Source of the DNA: Candidatus Iainarchaeum sp.
GTDB lineage: Archaea; Iainarchaeota; Iainarchaeia; Iainarchaeales; JAZDFD01
Length of the DNA: 29,057 nt
Reading direction: 5' to 3'
Assembly (NCBI GenBank): GCA_043808155.1
Contig: JAZDFD010000011.1
Span: 1-29,057, forward strand
The notes under the pieces were generated by a model. It was given only the letters and a program-made list of their open reading frames with translations, was not told the DNA's origin and did no database searches. The translations under genes were made by a program, and so were the position numbers. Positions 17,803 to 26,920 of this stretch are shown one piece after another; within the stretch, counting starts at the first letter, position 1, and each line of letters starts with the position of its first letter.

Positions 17803-18711
17803 ATGAGCGAAACAAAATGCCCCGAATGCGGAAGTAAAAATGTAAGAAGAGATACAGAGAAAGGTGAACTTGTTTGCCAAGCATGCGGCATGGTTATAAG
17901 TGAGGACGATGTTGATTTAGGCAAAGAATGGAGAAGCTTTGATTCTGATCAGTTTGAAACACGAGCAAGAACTGGAAGCCCAATGAAATACGTGAAATTG
18001 AATAAAGGGCTTGTAACAATGATTGACAGACGCGGTACTGATTTAAGAGGAAACAAACTGTCAAGCAAAAGCAGAGCTCAGATGTATAGACTTATTAAAT
18101 GGCACAAACGTGCTTCAATTAGCAGCTCAATGCAAAGAAATCTTTCAATTGCATTAACAGAAATGAGAAGAGTTGCATCATACCTTAACATACCGGAATC
18201 ATTAGTTGAAGCAGCAGCATTGCTTTACAGAAAAACTGTGAAGAAAGGATTAATTAGAGGAAGATTGATTGAAGCAGTTGTTGCAGCAGTTCTTTACACA
18301 GTCTGCAGAACATATCATGTTCCAAGAACCTTAAACGAGATGGCAGAAGCATCTGGTTTGACTAAAAAGGAAATTGGAAGAACATACAGATTCTTAGTTA
18401 GAGAATTGAAATTAGATGTCCCCTTAACAAACCCAATTCATTACATCCCAAGATTTGCATCTGAATTAAATCTTTCAGGTGAAGTTCAGGAAGAAGGAAG
18501 AAAGATTTTGGAAGAAGCAATTGAAAAAGGTTTGATTTCAGGAAGAGGGCCAACAGGTGTTGCAGCTGCAGCAGTATATATTGCAGGTCTTCTGAAGGGT
18601 GAAAGAAGAACCCAAAAAGAAGTTGCAAACGTTGCTGGTGTAACTGAAGTCACAATCCGAAACAGGTACAGAGAATTAAAGAAAAGACTTGACATTGAGG
18701 TTTCTGCTTAA
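17803..18711 (+). CDS. tfb: Transcription initiation factor IIB
   Basis: Zn ribbon CPECG...CQACG, B-reader EWRSF...RTG, two cyclin repeats ending GVTEVTIRNRY. ATG 17803 follows a GGAGG RBS. Confidence 0.98.
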   Translation: MSETKCPECGSKNVRRDTEKGELVCQACGMVISEDDVDLGKEWRSFDSDQFETRARTGSPMKYVKLNKGLVTMIDRRGTDLRGNKLSSKSRAQMYRLIKWHKRASISSSMQRNLSIALTEMRRVASYLNIPESLVEAAALLYRKTVKKGLIRGRLIEAVVAAVLYTVCRTYHVPRTLNEMAEASGLTKKEIGRTYRFLVRELKLDVPLTNPIHYIPRFASELNLSGEVQEEGRKILEEAIEKGLISGRGPTGVAAAAVYIAGLLKGERRTQKEVANVAGVTEVTIRNRYRELKKRLDIEVSA

Positions 18712-18738
18712 AGCAGAATCCCCCCTTATTCTTTTTTT
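18702..18738 (+). terminator. Hairpin over the tfb stop codon followed by a T-tract
   Basis: TTCTGCT-TAA-AGCAGAA, then CTTATTCTTTTTTT. Confidence 0.45.
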
Positions 18739-18759
18739 AATTATTTAATTCATTCTTAT

Positions 18760-18818
18760 TTATTACCGCGGGTTTGAAAAATCCGCACATAACTCGGACC
18801 AGCCGGACGAAACCGGCT
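18760..18818. repeat. Structured two-hairpin intergenic element, copy 2
   Basis: TTATTACC-GCGGGTTT(18768-18775)/AAATCCGC(18779-18786)-ACATAA-CTCGGACC-AGCCGG(18801-18806)/CCGGCT(18813-18818); homologous to 921-987. Confidence 0.8.
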
Positions 18819-18857
18819 TTAGAAAGCTATTTATTTCCTTCACAAGGATAATATATT

Positions 18858-19163
18858 ATGGACAGGGAAAATAGTATGGTTCAGGGCTTCATTAAGGATG
18901 CTAAAAGGAGTTGTATTCACTGCAGTGGCAGAAGAATGTTAAGAGACAAAACCGAAGAGCGAGAAAGAGCTTTCAGTGCAATAAAATCACTATACAACTA
19001 CTACTTGGATTTATTTGATTCGCTAAGAAGAGATGATGCACCAGCTTCAGAAATTGAAAAAGCAAGATTAAACAAAACTCTTTGTTTAGATACAATGGAT
19101 GAATGCAGAGCATGCAACAAAGAAGTCGACAAAATCAACAGATCAGTTGGAAAGTTACGTTAG
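18858..19163 (+). CDS. Small hypothetical protein with two CxxC motifs (possible Zn binding)
   Basis: 101 aa; CIHC and CRAC; ends 8 nt before rnhB. Confidence 0.7.
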   Translation: MDRENSMVQGFIKDAKRSCIHCSGRRMLRDKTEERERAFSAIKSLYNYYLDLFDSLRRDDAPASEIEKARLNKTLCLDTMDECRACNKEVDKINRSVGKLR

Positions 19164-19171
19164 GTTTTGAG

Positions 19172-19840
19172 ATGCTTATTGCGGGAATTGATGAAGCAGG
19201 CAGAGGTCCCGCCTTGGGCCCGCTTGTGATGGCTGTTGCCTGCATTGCAAAAGAAAACGAAGAGAAACTAATTGAAATCGGAGTTAAAGACTCAAAACTT
19301 CTGAGTTTACAGCAACGTGAGATTCAGCTTCCGCAGATAAAAAAGGTGCTTAATGAATTTGAGATTGTTAAAATAGAAGCAGCTGAAATTGACGAACTTA
19401 GAAACAGACAAAGTCTGAATGAGATTGAAGCAATGAAAGCTGGGGCGCTTTTAAATTCATTGAAAGTCAAGCCAGATGTGGTTTATGTTGATGCACCAGA
19501 TGTTATTGCACATAGGTTTGGGGCGAGGATTGCAAAATACATTTCATTTCCAGTGGAAATAAAATCCGAACATAAAGCAGACCTTAATTACCCCATTGTT
19601 AGTGCAGCATCTGTGATTGCAAAAACTACAAGAGACGATGAAATAAAAAAATTAATTAAAAAATACGGGGAAATGGGTTCGGGATATCCGCATGACCCAG
19701 TTACAATTAATTTCATCAATAAATGGACTGAGGAGAAAGGTGGACTTCCGCCATTTGCAAGAGCGTCATGGGATACAAATAAAAAAATATTGGATAATCA
19801 GTTTCAAAGCAAGTTAGGTGAATATGATACTTCAAAGTAA
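19172..19840 (+). CDS. rnhB: Ribonuclease HII
   Basis: AGIDEAGRGP, DSK, VDA, HKAD...VSAASVIAK, GSGYP, and a C-terminal PIP-box-like QSKLGEY. Start is ATG 19172. Confidence 0.97.
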   Translation: MLIAGIDEAGRGPALGPLVMAVACIAKENEEKLIEIGVKDSKLLSLQQREIQLPQIKKVLNEFEIVKIEAAEIDELRNRQSLNEIEAMKAGALLNSLKVKPDVVYVDAPDVIAHRFGARIAKYISFPVEIKSEHKADLNYPIVSAASVIAKTTRDDEIKKLIKKYGEMGSGYPHDPVTINFINKWTEEKGGLPPFARASWDTNKKILDNQFQSKLGEYDTSK

Positions 19841-19858
19841 AATAGGTGAATATGATGG
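19803..19858. repeat. 28-nt tandem duplication at the rnhB/hsp20 junction
   Basis: ttcaaagcaagttaggtgaatatgatac / ttcaaagtaaaataggtgaatatgatgg (23/28 identical). Confidence 0.85.
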
Positions 19859-20346
19859 ATGATGATAAAAAAAATCGCAGGAAATCATTTTTTGATAATG
19901 ATGATTTCTTTTTTGATTTCGGTGAAATGGATGATATGATAAACAAAATGATGGGCAGCTTCTTCAGCTCAGATAATTTTAAAATGCGGGGAAAGCCCAT
20001 GGTTTGGGGAAGAACTGTAAGACAGGGTCCTGACGGAAAAATAAGAATTGAAGAATTTGGGAATATGAAATCAGAGGGTGGAAAACCCGTTGTTTCTGAA
20101 AAACGAGAACCATTAGTTGACGTAATAAATACTAAAAAGGACATTACGATTACTGCTGAACTTCCAGGGGTTAATGAAAATGAAATCAACATCAAAACCA
20201 CGGGAAATCACACAGTAACAATTTCAGTTGATTCCAAAGAGAAACCATATTACAAAGAACTCGAATTAAAAGATTCACTGGATATGAAAAGTAAAAAAAT
20301 TAATTTCAAAAACGGGATTTTAGAAATCTTTTTAAAGAAGAAGTGA
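19846..20346 (+). CDS. hsp20: Archaeal small heat shock protein (Hsp20)
   Basis: GPDGKIRIEEFGN, REPLVDV, AELPGV, YYKELEL, FKNGILEI. Start is GTG 19846 or ATG 19852/19855. Confidence 0.93.
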   Translation: MNMMDDDKKNRRKSFFDNDDFFFDFGEMDDMINKMMGSFFSSDNFKMRGKPMVWGRTVRQGPDGKIRIEEFGNMKSEGGKPVVSEKREPLVDVINTKKDITITAELPGVNENEINIKTTGNHTVTISVDSKEKPYYKELELKDSLDMKSKKINFKNGILEIFLKKK

Positions 20347-20402
20347 TTTTGGAAACTTAAAAAAAGTAATTTCTTAAACAACTCACTGATTTTTCTAAGA
20401 GT

Positions 20403-20951
20403 TTACTGATTTTCAGTGAGTGTTTTTTGTTCTTTTTTCTGACCACCGAAATATTCCAGAAATTTTCTTGTTGTTCTGAGAATGTAAGTTCTGCCAGTTC
20501 TTTGCCGTGAAATTAATTCTTTTTCTAAAAGTAATTTGATGTGGTCATACGCTTTTGTATTTCGGTATTTTATTACAAGCGATTGTTTTACCGGCTGTTT
20601 GAATGAAATTAATGCAAGGGTTTTTGTGACGCTTTTGCTGAATTCACTTTCAGATGCCAAGTGAGCGACTTTATCATCATACTCTGAATTCACTTGCATT
20701 AGGTAACTGTCGCCCAGAGTGAAAACCTCAATACTGGAATTTCTGTCAGCATATTCTTGCTTTATTTCCAAAATAGTGTTTCTTATGTTATCTTTATTCA
20801 GGTTACCAGTAAGCTCTACAAATTCATCCATTGTCATTGGTTTTGGAGACATAAAAAGAGCAGCCTCAATTAGCTTTTTTTCTTTTGGGACTTTTTTAGG
20901 AGATACTTTTTCTTCAGGTAGATCCTCTTCAAGTATTATTTCATCTGACAT
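20403..20951 (-). CDS. scpB: SMC-Scp complex subunit ScpB
   Basis: IEAALF, TLALISFKQPVKQS...R, HIKLL, TTRKFLEYFG. Confidence 0.92.
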   Translation of the reverse strand: MSDEIILEEDLPEEKVSPKKVPKEKKLIEAALFMSPKPMTMDEFVELTGNLNKDNIRNTILEIKQEYADRNSSIEVFTLGDSYLMQVNSEYDDKVAHLASESEFSKSVTKTLALISFKQPVKQSLVIKYRNTKAYDHIKLLLEKELISRQRTGRTYILRTTRKFLEYFGGQKKEQKTLTENQ

Positions 20952-21000
20952 CTATTTACACCTAATAAGAAAGAAAGAAAAAGATTTTAAAAGTGAAGTA

Positions 21001-21366
21001 TTAAGCCATTGCGAAATTTATAATATGATCTTTGTTTACATCAGACTTTCTGATTCCGCTGACACTAAGACCAACAGTCATTCCTTTCTTAGCAATTTTT
21101 GCGTGGGGATATTTTGAGTCGATTTCCTGTATCTCAAGAGGTTTGCCTTCGCATTTTCCAATCATTTGTTCAGTGATTGCTCCTGAGATTACCTCGCAGA
21201 CCAAATATAAATTTGGATCTCCAAGAAATTGGCAAATTTTTCTTACTTTAACAGCACTTTCCTCAGTAGGATCAACTTCCATTCTATCGAGGGGGGTCGA
21301 AATGGACGTCAGTTCTGTTGAATAAGATTGTTTTTTGTCACCAAAAGTTAATGAAATCAAACTCAT
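21001..21366 (-). CDS. Small stand-alone EF-Tu domain II-like beta-barrel protein
   Basis: V..I....LVCEVISG...I..I......AKKGMTVGL pattern; ATG 21366 follows a GGGTGA RBS. Confidence 0.55.
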   Translation of the reverse strand: MSLISLTFGDKKQSYSTELTSISTPLDRMEVDPTEESAVKVRKICQFLGDPNLYLVCEVISGAITEQMIGKCEGKPLEIQEIDSKYPHAKIAKKGMTVGLSVSGIRKSDVNKDHIINFAMA

Positions 21367-21538
21367 TATATCACCCGTGATTTGCAGAAGGCAAATTGTA
21401 GAATAATAAAACAATTTGAGATTAATAACTCTTGAGAGTAGGAAATCTAAACCGATTTTTATGTAGAAATTAGGAATGTAAACAAAAACACAAAAAATAA
21501 GACGCTTAAAAAAATGAAAAAATTAAAAAATGAGGAAA

Positions 21539-23282
21539 TTAATCCTCAATTGTTGAAATATCACCGATTGGCATACCTAATTCTTTTGCTTTTAGAACTC
21601 TTCTCATTATCTTTCCTGATCTTGTTTTTGGGAGTGAGTCTACGAATTCAAGTTCACGGGGATATGCGTGTCCTGCGTAATTTGCTTTTACAAACTGCTG
21701 GATTTCTTTTTTGAGTTCTTCGCTAGGAGTATATCCTTTTGCAAGAACAACAAATGCTTTGATTATTGCGCCTCTTTCTGCATCTGGTTTTCCAATTACA
21801 CCCGCCTCAATTACTGCTTCGTGATCAATTAATGCAGATTCAACTTCAAAAGGACCTACACGTTCACCTGCAGTTTTGATTACATCGTCATCTCTGCCAA
21901 TAAACCAAAAGTAACCGTCTTCATCCATAAAAGCATTGTCACCGGAAACATACCAATCTCCAATGAAACATTTGTCATAGCGTTCTTGGTTTTTCCAGAT
22001 TCCGCGCATCATTGACGGCCATCCTTTTTTAATTGCTAAGTGGCCTTCAGTTTTTGCAGGAACTTCATTGCCTTTGTCATCAATAATTCCTGCAGTAACT
22101 CCGGGAATTGGTTTTCCCATTGAGCCCAATCTTACAGGCATTGATGAATAATTTACAATCATCATTGCACCTGTTTCAGTCTGCCACCAATTATCATGGA
22201 AAGTTAAACCAAACAATTCTTTGCCCCATCTGATTGCTTCAGGATTTAATGGTTCACCAACTGAAAGCATGTGTCTTAATGCAGGATACTTGAATTTCTT
22301 TACTAAGTCATCACCTGCTTTCATTAACATTCGGATTGCAGTTGGTGCAGTATACCATACTGAAACTTTTTTATCCTGAAGAATTTCATACCATTTTTCA
22401 GGATTGAATCTGCCGTCATGAACAATTGAAGTTGCACCAACTGACCAGATTCCTAAAATCCCATAAGCAATTCCCGTAACCCAGCCAGGGTCTGCTGTGC
22501 ACCAGTAAACATCTTCATCATGTAAATCAAGAACCCATTTTGCAGTCATATGCTCCTGAAGAATTGCTTTGTGCGCATGCATAATTCCTTTTGGTTTTCC
22601 TGTTGTGCCTGAAGTGTAAAGAATGAATGCAATGTCTTCTGCATCTGTTTTTTCAATTTCTAATTCATCAGAAGCAGAATTCATTTCGTCAATGTAATTT
22701 ATTTCTCCTTTGCTTGCATCAACACCTTTCCCGTCTACAATGATTATGTGTTTCAACGCAGGCAAATCAGCACGTACTTCATCAACACGGTCTTTCATTG
22801 ATGAGTGTGTTACTAAAACTGAAGTTTCTGAATTTCCTAATCTGTCAGAAAGTGCAGCTGATTTAAATGCCTGAAACAAAGTTCCTGCAATTGCACCAAT
22901 TTTCAAAGTACCCAAAAATGAAATATAGCATTCAGGTATTCGCGGCAGGAACATGAAAACTCTGTCCCCCTTTGCCACGCCTAATTTTTTTAAAACATTT
23001 CCAAATTTGTTTGTTTCTTTTGCAAGCTCTTCAAATGTGAAGGTTTTTTCCCCGTCTGTGTCTGAAATCCAGTGTAATGCTACTTTATTTTTTTTTATCT
23101 GTTTTTAAGTGCCTGTCAATTGCATTATATGCGGCATTTAATTTTCCATCCTCAAACCATTCAAGTTCGTTGTGAACAGAAGCCCAATCAAAATCAGCAT
23201 AAGTTTTATCATAATTTTTCAAATTAGGTTCCAATTTGTATTGTTTCTTTGTTTTTTCATGAATTTCAATTTTAGCAGCCAT
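21539..23282 (-). pseudogene. acs: Acetyl-CoA synthetase (AMP-forming) interrupted by one extra base in an A9 run (slippage site, recent mutation or sequencing error)
   Basis: ATG 23282 with an AGGTGA RBS gives ...NAAYNAIDRHLKTDKKK*. Removing one A from the run (T9 at 23088-23096 on +) reads DKKNKVALHWISD...KLGVAKGDRV into the 479-aa ORF with YTSGTTGKPKG, WCTADPGWVTG, WWQTETG and PKTRSGKIMRR; 580 aa when restored. Confidence 0.9.
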
Positions 23283-23419
23283 TAGTATCACCTTTTTTAA
23301 GAATATAAAAATTAGAGGCAATGAAATTATAAAAGTATTCGCAATAAATGGCTTCTTAAATTCCAAAACTTAGCCTTGGAAGAGGTAGTAATTTAAGGTT
23401 TTTTCATTTACTGAATAGC

Positions 23420-24235
23420 ATGAGCTCATTAAAAAATCAGATTTTTAATCTTCTTGAAAATACAGCCTGTTCTCTGCCAACAGATGTGGAAAATTCACTG
23501 AAAAAATCAGCTTCAAAATCAAAAGGTAATGAAAGAAAAGTTTTGAATGAGATTTTGGAGAATGTGCAAATCGCACGTGATGAAAAAGTTCCTATTTGCC
23601 AGGATACGGGGACTGTTATTTTTTTTGTTACTTATAATCCAAAAAAGCACAATGAAGAATTCTTACGAAAAGAAATTAATTCTGCAGTGAGAGAAGCAAC
23701 AGAAAAATCAATTCTGAGACCCAACTCAGTTGATTCTTTAACTGATAAAAATTTGGGAAATATTCCCGAAATTCATTTCATGCAAGGGAAAAAACTTAAA
23801 ATTGATTTGCTTCTGAAAGGAGGGGGTTCTGAGAATTGTGCAAGAATTTACAAATTACCAAACTCAGATCTTAAAGCAGAGAGAAATTTTGATGGCGTTA
23901 AAAAATGTGTTATTGATACAGTTGAAAAAGCTCAGGGGAAAGGCTGCCCGCCTTATGTTGTGGGAGTTGCAATTGGCGGAAGTGTTTCAAGTACTGCTTT
24001 TGAATCAAAAAAACAATTAATGCGTAAATTAAATGACAAAAACAAAAATAAGAAACTTAATGATTTTGAAAATTCACTTTTAAAAGAAATTAATAAATTA
24101 AAAATTGGTGCAATGGGTTTTGGGGGAAGTGAAACTGCACTTGCAGTTAAAGTTTCAACACTTCCGAGGCATCCTGCATCATATGTTATTGCTGTTTCAT
24201 TATCCTGCTGGTGCGATAGGAGATGTTCACTTTGA
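23420..24235 (+). CDS. Class I (Fe-S) fumarate hydratase / tartrate dehydratase, alpha subunit
   Basis: PICQDTG, LRPN, KGGGSEN, GCPP, GAMGFGG, RHPAS, SCW. Confidence 0.93.
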   Translation: MSSLKNQIFNLLENTACSLPTDVENSLKKSASKSKGNERKVLNEILENVQIARDEKVPICQDTGTVIFFVTYNPKKHNEEFLRKEINSAVREATEKSILRPNSVDSLTDKNLGNIPEIHFMQGKKLKIDLLLKGGGSENCARIYKLPNSDLKAERNFDGVKKCVIDTVEKAQGKGCPPYVVGVAIGGSVSSTAFESKKQLMRKLNDKNKNKKLNDFENSLLKEINKLKIGAMGFGGSETALAVKVSTLPRHPASYVIAVSLSCWCDRRCSL

Positions 24236-24741
24236 AACTTAACACTCCTTTGGGCAAAAAAGAAATTTTGAAATTAAAAGCAGGTGACTTTGTAGAATTA
24301 AGCGGAACTGTATTTACTGCACGTGATAAAGCACATGAATTTCTTCTGAAAAATAAATTTCCAAAAATTAAAAACAAAATTATTTACCACTGCGGGCCAA
24401 TTGTGAAGCAAAAAGGAAAGAAATTTGAAATTGTGTCTGCTGGGCCGACTACAAGTTCAAGAATGAACAGTTACACACCTGCACTTATTAGCAAATATTC
24501 AATTCCTGCAATTATTGGAAAAGCAGGTATGGATGATAATGTGAAAAAAGCATTGAAAGGGAAAGCAGTTTACTTTGCAGCAATTGGCGGGCTTGGTGCA
24601 AAATACGCAAAGTGCATTACACAGGTAAAATCAGTTTATAAGAAAGAATTTGGAATGCCTGAAGCAATCTGGGAACTGGGAATTAAAGACTTTCCTTTAG
24701 TTGTAGGGATGGATGCAAAAGGAAAAAGCATTTTTAAGTGA
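24223..24741 (+). CDS. Class I fumarate hydratase / tartrate dehydratase, beta subunit
   Basis: FTARDKAH, YHCGP, AGPTTSSRM, IIGKAGM, GMPEAIW; overlaps the alpha-subunit stop. Confidence 0.93.
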   Translation: MFTLKLNTPLGKKEILKLKAGDFVELSGTVFTARDKAHEFLLKNKFPKIKNKIIYHCGPIVKQKGKKFEIVSAGPTTSSRMNSYTPALISKYSIPAIIGKAGMDDNVKKALKGKAVYFAAIGGLGAKYAKCITQVKSVYKKEFGMPEAIWELGIKDFPLVVGMDAKGKSIFK

Positions 24742-24787
24742 ATTAAGGCATATATTAAAATTGAAAAATGAAACTTAAAGTGATTAA

Positions 24788-25168
24788 ATGAAATACGAAT
24801 TTTCTGAAGAATGGACTAAGAAAGCACGCGGAGTTGCAATGATTCTTGGTTTTGAACACGTAGAGTTGCACAGGATTGCATGTGTTGTAAGCAAAGGGAC
24901 AAAAACACGCAGAACGATTGCAAGAATTCACACAATCAGCAAAGCCATACAAACAGGTATGCAGGATAAAGCATTCTATTCGATTGAATTAATTTCCGAA
25001 AAATTTGACAGACTTAGCGAAGAAGAAAAAATGAAAACTCTTATTCACGAATTAATGCACATACCTCATTCATTTGGCGGAGGATTCAGACATCACAAAA
25101 ATTATGTGACTGCCACGAAAGTGAATGATGAATATCAGAAATATTTGAAACAAGTCAGACCTTTTTAA
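24788..25168 (+). CDS. Small putative metallopeptidase (HExxH) of a conserved archaeal type
   Basis: ARIH, YSIELISEKFDRL, LIHELMHIP...GGFRHH. Confidence 0.75.
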   Translation: MKYEFSEEWTKKARGVAMILGFEHVELHRIACVVSKGTKTRRTIARIHTISKAIQTGMQDKAFYSIELISEKFDRLSEEEKMKTLIHELMHIPHSFGGGFRHHKNYVTATKVNDEYQKYLKQVRPF

Positions 25169-25827
25169 TCCTCTAAATCAACGTCTTTTGCTACAAAGCC
25201 TACTAATTGAAATGGGTTTACAACTGTGGATGCAATATTACTTAAGTGTGATGAGAATCTTTTGAAATATCTCATTAGAAGAATTGAAACTAAAGTTTCA
25301 CTAGTTACATTTTCCTGATTAATCATTTCTGCGATTGCATTATTCAGTTCTTTTGAATGGCCAAGATGCATTTTCATAACTTCTTTTGCAGTTTTTTCAT
25401 CATCTTCCATAAATGCTTTTTTTGTTAAATCAAACATTTTGATTATATCTTGTTTATATTTTATAAACTGAATTTTTTCAATGTGATGTTTGTTGGAAAT
25501 TTGTTCTGTGATGTCTGCAATATTTTTTGAGAAGTCTCCGATTCTTTCAAGGTCTTTTGACACACCTAAAATAACAAGAGATGATGTCACGTCTTGCTCA
25601 GGAGTAAATGCCAAATGTTCTAAAACTTTTGTTCGGATAGTAATTTCATTTTGATTGATTATTTTGTCTTTTTCCACGATTTTTGCTCTTATAGGTGTCT
25701 TGTGTTCTAATGCTTCTACTGCCATGATGAACATTTCTCTGTTAGTGTCAAACATTTCGTCAATTAAATCTAAAGACTGCTTTAGCAAATCTTTTCTTTT
25801 CCAGATTTCAAAAAAACCATTTTTCAT
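25165..25827 (-). CDS. phoU: PhoU-family phosphate uptake regulator
   Basis: DKIINQNE, KDLERIGDFSKNI, second repeat RYFKRFSSHLSNIA; directly downstream of a Na/Pi transporter. Confidence 0.88.
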   Translation of the reverse strand: MKNGFFEIWKRKDLLKQSLDLIDEMFDTNREMFIMAVEALEHKTPIRAKIVEKDKIINQNEITIRTKVLEHLAFTPEQDVTSSLVILGVSKDLERIGDFSKNIADITEQISNKHHIEKIQFIKYKQDIIKMFDLTKKAFMEDDEKTAKEVMKMHLGHSKELNNAIAEMINQENVTSETLVSILLMRYFKRFSSHLSNIASTVVNPFQLVGFVAKDVDLED

Positions 25828-25831
25828 AACA

Positions 25832-26920
25832 TCACCTTAAGAAAATTATTACTAATAATGGAAGTATATAAAATGCAAAGATAATATAAGCAATTGCAGC
25901 AGTTCTGGATTTATATGCAATTTCTCCCATTTTTTCAGCTGCTTTAATAGGTAATTCTTTGAACGGATATATTAAAAGTATCCCGAATAAATTGAACATT
26001 AGATGTCCAAATGCTACTGTCAGAGCAGCAACACTCCCTGTGACAAGAGCAGCCATCAATGCAGTAACTGTTGTTCCGACATTTGCACCTAATGTGTAAG
26101 GGAAAACTTTTCTTATTGTAAGAACTCCTGCGCCAAGTAAAGGAACTACAATTGAGGTTGTAACAGAAGAACTCTGAACAATCGATGTCAAAATTAAACC
26201 AGCCACAAAGGCAGTAAAAGCAGTTCTGAAAAGATAGGCATCTAAAAATTTCTCTATTTTCCCCAATATTAAAGATTTCATTATTTTAACTATCAGATAT
26301 AATGAAGTGAACATCATAATTAACGCAAAAACAATTATAATCCATGGATTGTGCATTGCAAATTCTGAAATAAACTCAACTGCAGGAGTTACAATTATTT
26401 TAAGAGGGGAAACAAATGTGAATCCCCCTATTCCTTCAAAAGCCCCTGCCAAAAATGTTGCGGAATATGCAATTGGATGAAATAACATTTCTAACGGAAG
26501 TAAAATTAAAATTGCAAATACATTAAAAAAATCATGAACAGTTGAACCTGCGAAGGCTCTTCTGAATTCTACTTTTCTTAGAATATGTGCCATTGATGCA
26601 AGTGTGTTTGTTACGCTTGTGCCGACATTTGCACCCATTATCATGTAAATTGCAGTTGTTATGCTCAGGGCATCACCAGCTACAAGTCCGACAATCAATG
26701 CAGTGGTAGTAGATGAGCTCTGAAGAATAGTGGTTGCAAGAAGACCTATTGAAACTGCAACCAGAGGGTTTGTTGTTGCCTGAATCAGTGCTTCTGCAAA
26801 TTCAGAACCAAATAATTTGAATCCGTGCCCCATTAATTTAATTCCGACCAGGAACATATAGAGAATTAACGCCAAAAAAACCATTTTCATTATGTCTGGT
26901 AGCTTGCCTGTAGTAGTCAC
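25832..26920 (-). CDS. nptA: Na+/phosphate cotransporter (NptA / SLC34 family)
   Basis: Two QSSS repeats (LQSSSTTT, VQSSSVTTS), GANVGTS / GANVGTT, TVHDFFN, HLMFN. Confidence 0.93.
   Translation of the reverse strand: MTTTGKLPDIMKMVFLALILYMFLVGIKLMGHGFKLFGSEFAEALIQATTNPLVAVSIGLLATTILQSSSTTTALIVGLVAGDALSITTAIYMIMGANVGTSVTNTLASMAHILRKVEFRRAFAGSTVHDFFNVFAILILLPLEMLFHPIAYSATFLAGAFEGIGGFTFVSPLKIIVTPAVEFISEFAMHNPWIIIVFALIMMFTSLYLIVKIMKSLILGKIEKFLDAYLFRTAFTAFVAGLILTSIVQSSSVTTSIVVPLLGAGVLTIRKVFPYTLGANVGTTVTALMAALVTGSVAALTVAFGHLMFNLFGILLIYPFKELPIKAAEKMGEIAYKSRTAAIAYIIFAFYILPLLVIIFLR

Noticed and set aside
18793-18818. Hammerhead ribozyme call for the two-hairpin element (CGAAAC motif)
   Set aside because: No CUGANGA core on either strand in either copy.
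20403-20951. scpB without smc/scpA as a novel (Wadjet-like) system
   Set aside because: scpB is often unlinked from smc and scpA in archaea, and the sequence looks like ordinary ScpB.
23085-23366. Independent 93-aa gene
   Set aside because: It is the N-terminal part of acs; the real start is ATG 23282 with an RBS.
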